Positions 8,566-21,119 of a DNA stretch of 48,183 nt are shown piece after piece (position 1 is the stretch's first letter; every line of letters starts with the position of its first letter). The notes under the pieces are model-generated. The model was not told where the DNA came from, did no database searches, and saw only the letters and a list, made by a program, of their open reading frames with translations. The DNA comes from Trypethelium eluteriae (taxonomy: Eukaryota): NCBI GenBank assembly GCA_051942245.1, contig JAVECL010000124.1, positions 1-48,183 of the forward strand. The letters are read 5' to 3'. Made by a program: the position numbers and the translations under genes.

Positions 8566-10934
8566 ATGATTTGCCAAGTGTGTACCCGCATGTTGCGAGC
8601 CCATTCGGGGAAACAATGGCGCGGAACGTACGATCTTTTCTTTGACCACCAGATCAGTCTTACTGAGCTAGTACTTTCATATGAGAAAAGCTGCTGTTTT
8701 TGCAGAGTCATTCTCAGCGAAGTGAAAAAGCTGGGCCGAATTTTAGGCGATGCGGACGACGCTCTTCCTGGAGAGCGAAAAGTCTTGACTTGTGCTGGCA
8801 TCTCACCCATAAGTGGTTGGAGCGACACTTTCCGCCTTGATTTTAAATTATACAATTCTGATACTCGCCTTGGTACCTTCATCTTGATCCGTTCAGGTAT
8901 ACGCCCACGATATCAAGCTTCACATTCTGATGCTTACTCCGCACAGACAAATTGAAGCCTCCCACGCGCACGCCTATACATCAAAATACAAAGTCGGAAG
9001 AGGTGTTCCAGCTCGCGAAGCGCTGGCTATCCACTTGTAGAGAAACGCACAATAGATGCAAGAAAACCGATAACAAAGACAACCTTCATACCGATCCCAA
9101 ATTCACACCAAAGAGGCTGGTTGATCTGCACGGTCTGAAAGACAAGGGTCCAAAAAAAGAGATAAAAGTCAAGGTCATTTTGACCGAAGAATGGGGAGAA
9201 AGGCAAGAACATAATTGCGACTACATCACTCTAAGCCACCGATGGGGCGGTCACATAGGCGTTCGCCTTCAAGACTCAAACAAAGCACAATATGAGAGTG
9301 AGGGAATCGATTTTGATGAACTACCGAAAACTTTTCGCGATGCCATGGAGCTCACAACAATGCTCGGACTAAGCTATATCTGGATCGACTCTTTGTGTAT
9401 CATCCAGCATAATCGGGAAGATTGGCTTTCCCAGTCCATCCTTATGGATAAAATCTACGGCAGCGCATACTGCAACATATCAGCAACGGCATCGAAGGAT
9501 TCTCATGGAGGACTTTTCTTCAATCGCAACCCGGAGAATCTCTGGGAGGACGACGTCTACTTGAGCACCAGCTCGGTATCTGACGATGCAAATCCCGCAA
9601 CCACCCAACGCTGCACTGTAATTGATCCTACTTTCTGGGATCGTCAAGTAGACAGTGCACCTGTCAATACCCGAGGCTGGGTGTTGCAGGAGAGACTCAT
9701 AGCACCAAGGGTCCTTCACTTCTGTCGTGATCAAATCGCTTGGGAGTGCAGTGAGCTTCAAGCTGCCGAATGTCACCCTGATGGTCTTCCAGATTTCCAA
9801 GTTGTATCAGGTTCAATTGTCCAGAGGCGAAAAGTCAAAGGTCTTGATCCTGATATCGATGGAAGAAAGCTGCGAGAGGCGAGGAAAGACCTCCACTCCA
9901 GCACGAAGAATCGCCAGCTCCTCTCATTAAGCCATTACCTCGCCAACGATTTGGGTTTCGCGGTTCAGTTTCACGAGATGGACCGTCGCGTATCGATATT
10001 AGATGTAGATCGAAATCTCATTCCAGAAATCTACGCCTACGAACTTTGGAAACACGTCGTTGAGCAGTATTCAAGCATGGATCTAACCAGAGAGTCCGAC
10101 AAGCTCATCGCTTTCTCTGGCATCGCTCAAGTAATGGCTCGCCGGATTGACAGGCAATATATCGCAGGCATGTGGCGTGAACATTTGGAAAGCCAGCTCC
10201 TCTGGTATGTCAATGATCAATTTCAGGATGGGCGCTTCAAATACGCCTCTCGAAGGTCTCACGATTATCGAGCTCCAAGCTTCTCCTGGGCTGCCATTGA
10301 TTCACCATCTGGAATCACATACGGAGAAATCACTGATCGGGATCTTCTTATCAGTATCAGCAAGGTTGAGGTGATACCAGAAGAAGACAATGATTATTTC
10401 GGACTGCTTAAAGCTGGCCTTTTAACTCTGAAAGCCAACAACCTAAGAGAAGTACAGATGGAAATAATTGCGTCGAATGATACAATTCGTTTTGGATGGC
10501 GCTTCATGGAAGATGTACTGTATCAAGAGATCGAGAAAGAGGGGATGGCTGGGCGGGGCGTGAAAAGGCCTTACTCTAACGTTTACCTTGATAGTCCTGT
10601 CGATGACGATGACATCTTAAACACTACTCGTCAAATATTTTGTCTGCCCGCCGCTTCCTCAGATGACTATCTTTTATGTCTCTTACTGAAGCTGTTAGAA
10701 CCTCAAGAAGTGTCCGCTTTCGAGCAAGAACTTGCCAGCTTCGACCAAAAACTGCCCAGCTTTAAGCGCATTGGCCTGGCCAAAGTAGCCCCTTACGATA
10801 AGGTGATACAAACGAGACTCAAGGAACAGCCTGAGAGATTGGACAAGAAGATCGATAGAGCGCCTGCTCGGGTTCTTTCGAGATTGCGGGAAGGTCTTGA
10901 GCAGGAGAAAGGGTATAAAATACAGATATTCTGA
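8566..10934 (+). CDS. HET-domain (heterokaryon incompatibility) protein; 2 exons (8566-8896, 8947-10934), ~772 aa
   Basis: A 50-nt intron GTATAC..CTGAT..CACAG joins the two ORFs in frame. HET motifs: 'PKRLVDL', 'YITLSHRWG', 'LPKTFRDA', 'YIWIDSLCIIQ', 'MDKIYGSAYCNISA', 'RGWVLQERLIAPRVLHF', 'DKLIAFSGIA', 'YRAPSFSWAA'. Confidence 0.95.
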
Positions 10935-11450
10935 GTGAGGTCTAGGTGTATGCATCTCTCAACATAAGTAATGTAAATTGAGGATTCCGCTTCAGAAATC
11001 GATTGCAGCAGAGCAGGTAGACTCACACAAGACAGCTCAACAAAATTCAGCGTTTTTTTTTTCTAATAAAAAAAGGAATGAAATGACATCAATTACATCA
11101 GTCGGATGCACTTACCGCCAATTTTTACTACACTGTTCCCACGAATCGAGAGCGTGGTACAAGAATCGCCATCATGTCATTGGATTTATACATTACTCGA
11201 GTAACATCTCCATGCAGTGGAATTGGCCTTGAAATTTTAGCTCTTTCTTTTTCCACATCTTCCATTAACATTGTGCCTCAAATAGACATCACAATTGCAA
11301 AACGCCATGCCATGTCAGATGTGACCCGGCGACCCACCGGTGCCCTAGGGTATCAATTCAATCCCCCGTTCTTCCCATGAACCCCCTATGTCGGAAAAGG
11401 AGAATAAAGTGAAGAAAATAAAAGAGGGGGTATCAAATCCAAATCGCACC

Positions 11451-14400
11451 TCATCCCGCATGCTTATTCGCACTCGCCTGCATCCTCCGCATCTTCTCCC
11501 GATGTAAATCCAGCATGCCCCCCCTCCTCATCATGTTATCGAACGCATTCTCACGATGCTGCGCCGCCTGTGCCTGCTGCTCCTGCCGCATCTGCGAGCT
11601 CCTCCGCTGCGCCATCATCTGCGTGCGCGCCTCCTCCTCCTCCGCCACCCGCGGCGCCTTCGACGCGAGATCCGTCCGCATCGAGTCGCGCCAGAGCGCG
11701 AGGTTTGCCGCTTGCTTCCGCGAGTCCACCGCGCTGGTGCGTCGCGGTTGGTGCGAATCGAAGAGCGCCGGCTGCGGGGGAGATGCGTGGGCCGAGCTCT
11801 GCCGCTGGGCTTGGATCAGGCTGCGGCGTTGCGCGAGCGGCATGTTGTCGTCGTCGTCTGCGGGTGTCACCGGGGCGCGATTCTCGTTGGAGGACGAGGA
11901 GTTGCTGGACGTGAGACCTGTCACGTTTGGCGAGGAGGATTGCCGATTGAGCAGTGCAGAGGAGGTTCGATTTTGTTGTTTCTTATCTGCGATGTTGAGG
12001 AGCGTACCTCGGCTCGAATTCATCCTTTCAAAAGCAGCAGTGGGTATGTTTGCTGGTTCTTCCTCGACGGGGAACTCTACTAAAGGCTGCGTAGAAAGAG
12101 GCATTGAAGAGCTTCGATGGCCTGCAGTGCTTGGTTTTGACTGTGAGCCCTGACGAGATGGTGCAGAACTATTACGTATAGACGACTGGGATGCATTTCG
12201 CTGGATAGTATTGACGTTGTAGACGCTGTTGGTGGAGTTATTCCTATCAAGGGAAGTTGAGCTGCTAGCTTGGCTGGCGTAAATTGGAGTTGCTTTGGCC
12301 GTGCGGTATGACGAGCTCGATGACTTTCGTGCTACGTCGACAGGGCGTTGCACTTCTTTCGGTTTCTCCTGAGGTCCAACAGCCTTGGGTGGAGCTGCTG
12401 GCTCCGGAGATCGCACCTCCACCGTCACTCCAGGTGTAGACGGGCGCGACTCCGCTTCATCCTCTGGCTCCTCCGCGGCATCCAAATGCTTGGCCCATTC
12501 ATTGGTGCGGTAGGACAAGGCGATCCTGGAGAGTTTATCCGGTAGTTGCCTAGTCAGAGCGCCCAAGACAGAAGCAGCTGCACCTGCAGCCGTAGGTTCT
12601 TTAGTGGTGCTTACGTCACCTTCACCAGAGTTAGATGACTCTTCCTTTGGACGAGTGCTGGAAGTCAATTTTGCCGACGCCGCTTGCATCACGGCAGGAT
12701 CAACAGGCGGAATCTGGGGGCTCTCCTGTGTAGCCTTCGCCTCCCCCGGCTTCTCGGCAGTCTTGGCCACTACCTTTTTCTCTGCAATATCAGTATCAGA
12801 CTTCGAGCGTGGTAAACCCTCTACCGGCTTCAAGTCACTGGGAGCATCTAGCTTCACGGCTCGTTCTGACTTCGTCTCTCCTATAACCTCAGGAGCGTTG
12901 AGTCGATCTTCCCCAAAGTCTGTCTTGAGAGGTGTGGAGGATGGCGACAGTTTTGGCAGAGATTCATCCAGGTCAAGCTTGTCGTTCAACGTTGCAGCTA
13001 GGGAAGACCTACGATCGTCTTCAATATGGGGCACTTCTAACTCGTCGCCCAGACTCGCCGCGGTAGAAAGCCGGTTTGCCATTGAAAGACGCGAAAGTCT
13101 CTTGTCTCTTGGCTTCCTCCTTTGACCTTTTTCTATTGCTGAAGGTTCATCCTCGTCGCTTGTTTCCTCTGATGGCGGAAGCTCAAATGGTAACGGAATG
13201 ACAATAGGCGGCGGAGCAACAGATGGACGAAGCGACTTCCCTTTGAAGGAGGCCGAGCTTCGCTGGAAATCCGATGAAACTGTGGAATCAGCATAGCCAA
13301 TCGCTTCTTCCTGAATTGCTGGTGGACGTGGTGTATGAACAGGATTACCATGCGCGTCAATGAGTTGGATTTCATCATCCGAAAGAGCCCTCACAGAAAC
13401 ACGTGAATTGCCGTCCTTTGCGTTGCCTTTGGCGGCAAGCTCCGCACTGCTGGCATAAATTGAGTCCGGCACATCTGACAGCTCAATACTATTTTGCCGC
13501 GATCGCCGATACTCCTTGACGCTGAGGGACGTTTTATTGAAGCTATCCCTACTGGATCCAACACCAGAGTCTGCAGGCTCATTCTTTCCGCTCATTTTGT
13601 CCCCATAGATTCTTTCCCATTGCTTTCGAGCCTTTGCATTGTGCTGTTCGATTTGCTTGCCAAGGTGAGCTTCGTAGTCTTCGCGCTCTTGTTCATGTTG
13701 GAGATTGGCGGCAGCTTTTTTCTCTCTCCTCTCTTTAACGAGCTTCCACACCTTCAATTGCGAAATGATGCCAAGAAGAAAAAGGATAATGATGCCAGCA
13801 ATTTCAACTTTGATGCCTCTGGTGATGGGATAAGTGTTGGTGTTGAGAGGGAAAAGCTGGCTGTTAAGGTCTATATCAATTAGTTGGCGATTTTACTCGA
13901 ACAAATGAAAAATACTCACTCCAGATATACAGCCAAAATTCCTTGAGACCTGCTCGACTGAAACAGTCAATACCGAGGATAGTGACGGTGGCGCCAGCAA
14001 AGGCAATGCAAAGAATTAGGCCGTAGGTCCTAGTATATTGACTGAAGGAAAGGGAGAAGCCAACGACGCTGAAGACTCCAATGAAGATTGCCCTGCTGGT
14101 CGTAGTGGTGAGAAGACCTCCTGGCTTAAGCACCAGAAACCACATACTGAGACAGAACCCGCCAAGCAGACAGCCCAAGCCTTCAGTGACTTCAGTGAAG
14201 ACGAGTGATAGAGCGCCGAAGATGCAGCCGGCGACGAAGGCAGCAACAAAGTAGGCACCTTGCACGGCATTACGGACAGGGGGGCTGTCAACATATTCGA
14301 TGAGGACGACTACGGCCAAACTAACCAGGAAAGCGGGTGCAAGAAAAATATAAAGTGCCTTATGCTTGATACCAATCAAACAGTAGACAATGCCCGTTAA

Positions 14401-14898
14401 CATTAGCACTGCCCCAGTAATTCCGATAGCAGGTGTCAGAACTGGTGGCAGCGGTAATGAGTTGGTAGCAACTGCAGTAGCTGGTGAGATCACAAGCAAC
14501 ATCTTTCAAAGTGAATATGTAAACTTACGATGGGTAGGAGAGGCGACCGCTCCACTCGTGGAGGTTGACTCATGACTAGTCGTTGAAGAGGATGCTATTG
14601 AAGAAGTTGCATCCGAACTAGAGGGAGATGCACTGCTTGAGGATGGTGATTGAGTTGATGAGCCTGGACTGACGGAGATACTCGAGGTCGAAGCAGGAAC
14701 AGATGAGCTTGCTGAACCGCTGGTTGAACCGCTCGCTGGATCACTTGCGGTCGCTGGTAATGGAGTAGCCGAAGAAGTCGAAGGTGCAGAAGCTCCATTA
14801 CCTTGTCGAGGTCGAAGTTCATGTCTAGCAGTGGCCGTTTGGGGGACCGTCAGGAGAAGACAAGCAACTGTCCAGGACAAGACCCATGTCGAGCGCAT
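11451..14898 (-). CDS. DUF4203 (TM7S3/TMEM198-like) multi-pass membrane protein with signal peptide, S/T-rich ectodomain and long disordered cytoplasmic tail; 3 exons (14898-14529, ~14471/14480-13920, 13870-11451)
   Basis: Hydrophobic N-terminus 'MRSTWVLSWTVACLLL', Ser/Thr tract, then TM segments with 'EGLGCLLGGFCLSMW', 'LGIDCFSRAGLKEFWLYIW-NLN', 'TYPITRGIKVE', 'YRTNEWAKHL' and 'LHREKMRRMQASAN'. GTAAGT and GTGAGT donors are in phase. Confidence 0.88.
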
Positions 14899-17311
14899 TG
14901 CGGATGTTATCAGTTGGCCTGGTACACATCGGATGTCGGATGGCGAGGAGCATGCGGAAGAGAGAAGTGTACTCTGCAAGTCCAGGAGGTCTTCTTCGCG
15001 ACCGTGAGTTTGACGGTGCTAGGTCGATATTACTTGTGCGCAGAGGAGGCTACGCATGGTGTTAGTGATGAGTACGGAGTAGAATCAAGATGAGATTGTG
15101 AAAAAGAGCTCGCAGCTCATCCCCGCGCAGTCGAGGTGGCTAGGGTATGATTAAGGAAGGGAAGAAGCTGTCATGCATAGGAATGGAAATTCGAAGCTGT
15201 ACATTCGTAACTGCGGTGACAGGGGTGCTGCGTTTGGAGTTCACGTCTGTGACGCTAGCCCTGTCCAAATTGAGGCTTGCAATAATTCGCGTCGAGGATC
15301 AGCGACCTTTCCTTTCAGATGAACGCCATCGAGAGCGGTTCGGCGGGAGCGCGCGGAAAGCTTGAATAGAAATCCAATTCACCAGGCTTCAAGTTCATGA
15401 CGAGATTGGGATCTTACCCAGCCATGTCTTGACACTAACCTACTTTGAGGCTGCTTAAGCAGAGCGGCCAAGAGCTGCGGAGATTATCGCTCTGGATCTG
15501 GAAGCAGCGTCTCGACGCCATCGCTTGTGTGGGCCTTCTTCAGCTAGAATATGGAGGAAACCTTGAATACGACACCAAAACACCAGAACGCCAAAAGGCC
15601 AATCCGTTCGGAGTAGCGACGGCCAATTGCTTGGGAGATGCATCATCGATTGCTTACCTATCCGACAGTTACATGGCGATCTGCTGTGGTAGCTCGTCCA
15701 TTTGCGTCGTCAGCTCTGCCATTTCTTGCTTGCATGATCGACTCGCGAATAGCCTCCGACCCTTCGTCGAAGGGACTAGGCTATTAGTTGTCATCCACCA
15801 CCTCGCAGCGCGTCAAGCGAATCATGATGGCACCCCGGCACGAGTCGTGCGCATCAATGGCGCGAAGGGCAGGTCGGGAAATTGGCATTTCGTCTTCTTC
15901 GAGAAGGGGGCTGGGGCAAGCAGGGGCGTGGGTGCCCTTCGGCAGTGACTCCGAGTGTTTCGCGACGCTGCTGGGTGAGTTGTCGAACGGCAGTGGCGAG
16001 GAGCAAGCAGCCAAGATTGGTGGAGGAGAAAGCGTGCGGCGCGACGCGACCTGGCACGTCAGCACCTCAAGGTGCTTGCTTGAGTGCCAGGATGCACGTC
16101 GGTCCTCCTGTCCCGGCAGGCGTGTGCTGGGAAAGCTGCAACAAACCGCTGGAAGCCTAGTTCAGACGTTCAGACCCGGATGCGCTATTCTCCTTGTAGC
16201 TGTTTGGCCTAGCTTTAATTTGACGGCCCCGACATCCCATCAGGACGATTGGGAGGTTCTCAGGAGAGCGATGCGCACGGGACTTAAGCCATGCAAGTGA
16301 TTTGGCATCTCTTGAGCGCGCGCGCGCTGAATATTTTTACCCCCCTTTGTGTCCGTCAAGGCAGCCGGCGTTCTTGTTGCGCACAGTGACTGAGCACATC
16401 AGCCTTGTACCTGGGGAGGGGCCAGCAATCTGCGGCTACGGGGGAAGCAGCAACCTAAACTCCACAGGCTGTGGCAGGCACCGCAGGGATGGCAGGAGCA
16501 GGCCTTTGGGGGGCGCGGGTGATGGGAGCTGCATGCACGTCGGGCTGGTGCAGATCCCCGCCCGCCGCTCCAACCTTCGCACCCCTCCAAGCTCCCAGAG
16601 CCACGTCCGTTTCCGGACGATTGGGCTAACATTGAGCCTTTTTCAGGGGAGCCGACCGTTTTGATAAGTCCCCGACTCCCCAGTATCCCGGTATCCCAAT
16701 CATTGACGGCACGTGAAATACCAAGTCGCCTTTCGACGAAATGGACGGTGTGCGAATTACGGAGTACGTGTCGCTCTATCCACGAGAACTGCACACATCT
16801 GTGCCGATTACTTTACGGAGTCCTGCAGTGACAATCGTCAGCTTTCGGAAAGTCATGCTCGTGAAAACTTCGCGGCTCGCCGCATCGTTCCCGCCACACC
16901 TTCCTATAGCATTGTCTAGACTTCTGACTGCCAAGATACTGGTGCCTAAAATCACCCGAAGTCCTCGAGAATTGGTGCTCCATTGCATCATTGCTATGCT
17001 GGAGAGCGTTGCAATGCAAAGAAGTGAAATTCTGGCATTCGCAAAACTGATATCATTTAGGTTCTTCCAGTTGTCCGGAAAACTAACTAATGATAAGCTA
17101 GAACGCCTCTATTCTGGTGCCCGTTAAAAACAATGCATTGATTTGCCATCACTTCATTCCATACGAGCATATCAATCTGCTCGTCAAGAGCTGACTGCCT
17201 CAGCTTTCGAATCGTCCGCTCTTCGAGCATTTGTGCAACTCTATCGTGGAACGCCACAGCGTCGAACACGTCATTCGCATTCGCGCTCGCCTTCATCACC
17301 TGGTCCGTGTT

Positions 17312-19309
17312 TTACACGGCGCCTGTAGAGACCATCTTCTTCCGGAGGTACTTCTTGTAGTCTCCAATCGAACCGTCCCATCTCCGCACCGTCTTATTCT
17401 CACAGACCATGATGTCCTTTGCAATCTTGTCCAACAGTCTATATAGCAGTTAGCCCCTATTACGGAGTTCGATTACTCTGCAACACAACTCACCTGAAGT
17501 CGTGAGACACAACGACCACACCGCCACTGAAAGCATTGATTGCGTCGGCAAGACTGTCGATCGTCGGGATATCCAACCCGTTCGTCGGCTCGTCCAACAG
17601 CAACATGTTTGGCCCGTCGATAGCCAGGAGCGCAAAGACGATCCGACTCTTCTGGCCTTCGGAGAGCGTTCCCATCAGAGCCGTCTGTCCGTCACCGCTG
17701 AGACCGTAGCGGCCAAGCTGTTGGCGCCAGTACTGATAGTCCTGTGAGATGCTTGAATGCTTGTCACGCACAAAGTCAAGAGCCGATTTGGTCAGGTCAA
17801 GTTGCTCAGCAGAGTGCTGCGAGTACATGCCAAGTTTCAAGTGGGTGTGTCGGCTCACACTGCCCCCTGTTGGTGAAAGGGCGCCGGTAAAGATACGGAG
17901 GAGAGTGGATTTGCCAACACCATTGGGTCCGACGAGAGCGGTTCGGGAGTCCATGTCAACACCAAAGTCCAAGTGCTCATAGAGGTTGTCTGCCTCCTTG
18001 CCGGAGTAGGAGAATGTTACATCGTCAAGTGACAAGACAGGCGGAGGCAGCTTTTCGACATCGGCGAAGCGAAATGTGAACACCTTGTCCTGAGCAACAG
18101 GTTGAATGAACCCATCAGCTTCCATTTTGTCAAGGATCTTTTGCCTGGATTTGGCCTGTCGGACAAGATTGGCGTAGGTTCCGGCGGAGGCAATGAACTT
18201 TTTGATGTGCCTAATTTCCTCTTGCTGTTTCTCGTACGCCTTCATCTGGTTCGTTTCGTTTTCCGTACGCGTCTTGATGTACGAGTCGTAATTACCACCA
18301 TAGTAGAAGAGTTGTTTCATCCGCATATCAATCATGTTCGTGCAGACACCATTCAAGAAGTCCATACTGTGAGAGACAAGAACGAGCGTGCGGTCCCACT
18401 TCTTAAGGTACTCCTCGAGCCACACGCAAGCTTCGAGGTCCAAATGTGCCGTGGGATCGTCTAGAAGCAGCAACGATGGCTTGACGAATAGTGCTCTTGC
18501 TAACGCAACTCTCATTCTCCATCCACCAGACATGTCTTTTGTTTTCTTATTAATGGTAATTTTGTTGAACCCGAGACCTGTAAGGATGAGCGATGCGCGG
18601 GTGTGGAAGGTTTGCGGATCCATGCTTTCCATGCGCTAACCCAGTCAGTTGAGTTGTCCATGTGGTATCGATTTGAAAATCTTACCTCGTATAGGTCTTC
18701 CAGAGTGGGATCTTCTGGTCCATTCTCCTCCAGTATTTCTTCTGCCTGCTTCTCCATTCGCGCCATCTCACTCTCCGCTTCCTTGACGACCCACTCCAAA
18801 GCACCCAAATTTGTCTTGGGTGCTCCCTCATTCAGCAAGTAGATGTCCACATGCTCAGGGAAGGGGAATTCCCGCTTATCGATTGCTTTGAGCAGCGTCG
18901 ACTTCCCGCAACCATTCTCACCAAGAAGACCATATCGCCGTCCGTAGTTTATTTCAATAGTTGTGTCGTTAAATAGTACTCTACCATGGAAGACGAGAGA
19001 TGCAGAGGTAATTTTGACGTCTCGACTGGCTGCTAAGGAAGCCAACACACCTGTTGTGACTCGATCCGACAACCCATGCTTATCTTCTTGGAGTTCAAGT
19101 TTCTTGATTTTCTCGGTCATCTCTGCGTCGTCGACTGGTAATGGGTCGCCATCAGCCTCTTGCAGTTCCGGTGTCTCGTCACCATTGACGGATGATGCTG
19201 ATGAGGCGTTCTTTGATGCGGCCTTGGTCTTGGACGTAGGCGTCTTCTTGGATTCCTTGCCTTCGGCAGCGCGCTTGGCCTGACGTGCGGCTTTGGATGC
19301 GGACACCAT
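17312..19309 (-). CDS. ARB1: ABC-F family ATPase Arb1/ABCF2 (ribosome biogenesis); 3 exons (19309-18686, 18635-17494, 17438-17312), ~630 aa
   Basis: Two NBDs and no TM domain. Walker A 'GENGCGKST' and 'GPNGVGKST', 'MSGGWRMR', '[23 protein letters not shown]', '[19 protein letters not shown]'. Canonical in-phase splice sites; stop TAA at 17314-17312. Confidence 0.96.
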
Positions 19310-21119
19310 TTTGAACTTGTAACTTGCTCTTCAGATCAAGTGGGAAGAACGGCGGAAAAATTATTTCGTGCCCGCAAGGCAAGCGCTACGACACTGTGGT
19401 GGGGCGGCTGCCTTTATCGATACGGTGTGTTGCCCCGTTCTTTCCGCGGATTTGCAGGGAGCCTTTCCGTGAGACCTTTGAATATGCTGAATGTATGCTG
19501 GTCAAGCCGCAGCTAGGATTGTTTCTTGCAGGATCCACCGTCGTGTCCGAAGGGGGGGCGTTGAGGGAGTAGCACAAAATTTCTAGGTGGGCTGACTGGA
19601 TGTGGCAAAGCGGTTCCGCTATCCCCAATAGGATCTGCTGATCATAAGTTCGTGGGAACATAGGTACGCCTATCCAATTTTTTATGTCAGTATCACGTTG
19701 CCGTCTATGAGTTCTTTTACAATAGGCTCTGCTTGAAACACAATCACCAGTCGACGCTCGGAATTTTTCGCAACGTTTTTGAGCGTGCATGATATCTTTT
19801 GGTCCAACATTCGTCACCGATTCTAATCAACGACTTTGCTTGAGCTCAGAAGTCTAAGTCTCAAAGTTTGCGTAGCTATCCATCTCATATAGCAAGGCCA
19901 CTCACTTGTTCGAGCCCAATGCGAGTGCTTGCGCTTGGGCAGACGTCTTGGGCCCCGACGTATCGCGAGAACTACTGTGTGATAAAATGGGTTTGCCCGA
20001 ATGGCTGCAAGCTAGATCAATCGCCAACCCGAATAGTATCAACAGTTTCAAAGAAATACTGAATACGTCTCAAGGCTCAGGTCGATGCTATCACAGTTCA
20101 AGCTCATGCTCCTGACAACAGCAGGTCTTCGAAGGACGTCCATATGCTCAGCATTGTCTATGACTGAAGACCCATACAGGGCACTTGACTTATTTACATT
20201 CCCACCATTTTCAAGTCTTTCAAATGTATAGTGATGATGTTTCGGTTCTCAAAGATCATTGTGAGGGTCTGCCGGAAAAGCTGGGGAAGTAAAATGAAAA
20301 GGCCTTTGGAATTCAAAATATTTCAGAAGGATTGAAGGAGTATTGTGAATGCGCATGCTAAAGGCACCCGATGATAATCCAAACATATACATATGTTTTT
20401 CATGAACTTTATTAGATGAAGACTCTAGATCGTTTGAGCCCAACCTACCATCATAGAACATGGTTAGGCTTCTCGAATGACCTTCTTTGAATTATATTTA
20501 GACTTTTCGACCAAAGGGAGGTCTTCCGAAAGTCTGTCTGGGCCATGGAAGAGTCTCCTTGGATTAGCACCATGTACTTGGGTATGAAACAAAGTAATTT
20601 CATAAGGGCTCGGCATCTTATGTGCTCCTTGACGAATTTGATATCTGGCAGTCCAGTGAGTAAATAGGTCTTTTCTCTTTCGTCTCCTCGATTGTCGACG
20701 TATCTCCAACTCGAGTGAAGAATGCAGTCTCTCACTAAATGGAGAGAATACCGGGCCATAGGGAAGATCAGGAAAGTATCTAGAATATCATACTATGATG
20801 ATACCTGAGTAGATCATCACCGGTATCAGATGGACGGCGATGCAATTGTATTGAATGGGGCCATTTAGTACATAACCATGGCCCTGTTAGCGGCAAGATG
20901 CCACGTATGTTTGCGACTTATCTTCTGAGTGATTCTGACTTCGAAGGAAAACACCAATGATCAATGCACCTTGACGATGCTATTCGTGGTCCAGGGAAGT
21001 TTGTCGAGCCATACAGCAATTTGGGAAAACAATTTCTCATGTTACATCGGCTGAACATCCCGAGCCTCATTCTATTCTATGGAGAAGGTAGCATGCAGTA
21101 TCCGTCATATTAGCACACG

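Noticed and set aside
11515..13883. Long + strand ORFs (212, 175, 173 aa etc.) antisense to the DUF4203 gene
   Set aside because: Shadow ORFs from GC-rich codon usage of the real minus-strand gene. The same applies to antisense ORFs over the Nudix, ARB1, ccg-9, TUP1, ERG3 and GSH2 genes.
15100..17300. ORFs of 120-170 aa in the DUF4203 upstream region
   Set aside because: They overlap in several frames and strands, mostly start at TTG/GTG, and show no domain or coding-like composition. Interpreted as GC-rich promoter sequence.
18440..18480. Walker B of Arb1 NBD1 reads LLLLDD rather than LLLLDE, suggesting a degenerate ATPase site
   Set aside because: As I recall, fungal Arb1 orthologues normally have [12 protein letters not shown], so this is not specific to this locus.
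19910..19942. GTTCGA followed by a GCCCAA...TTGGGC hairpin, superficially like a tRNA T-arm
   Set aside because: No cloverleaf, acceptor stem or A-box could be built.
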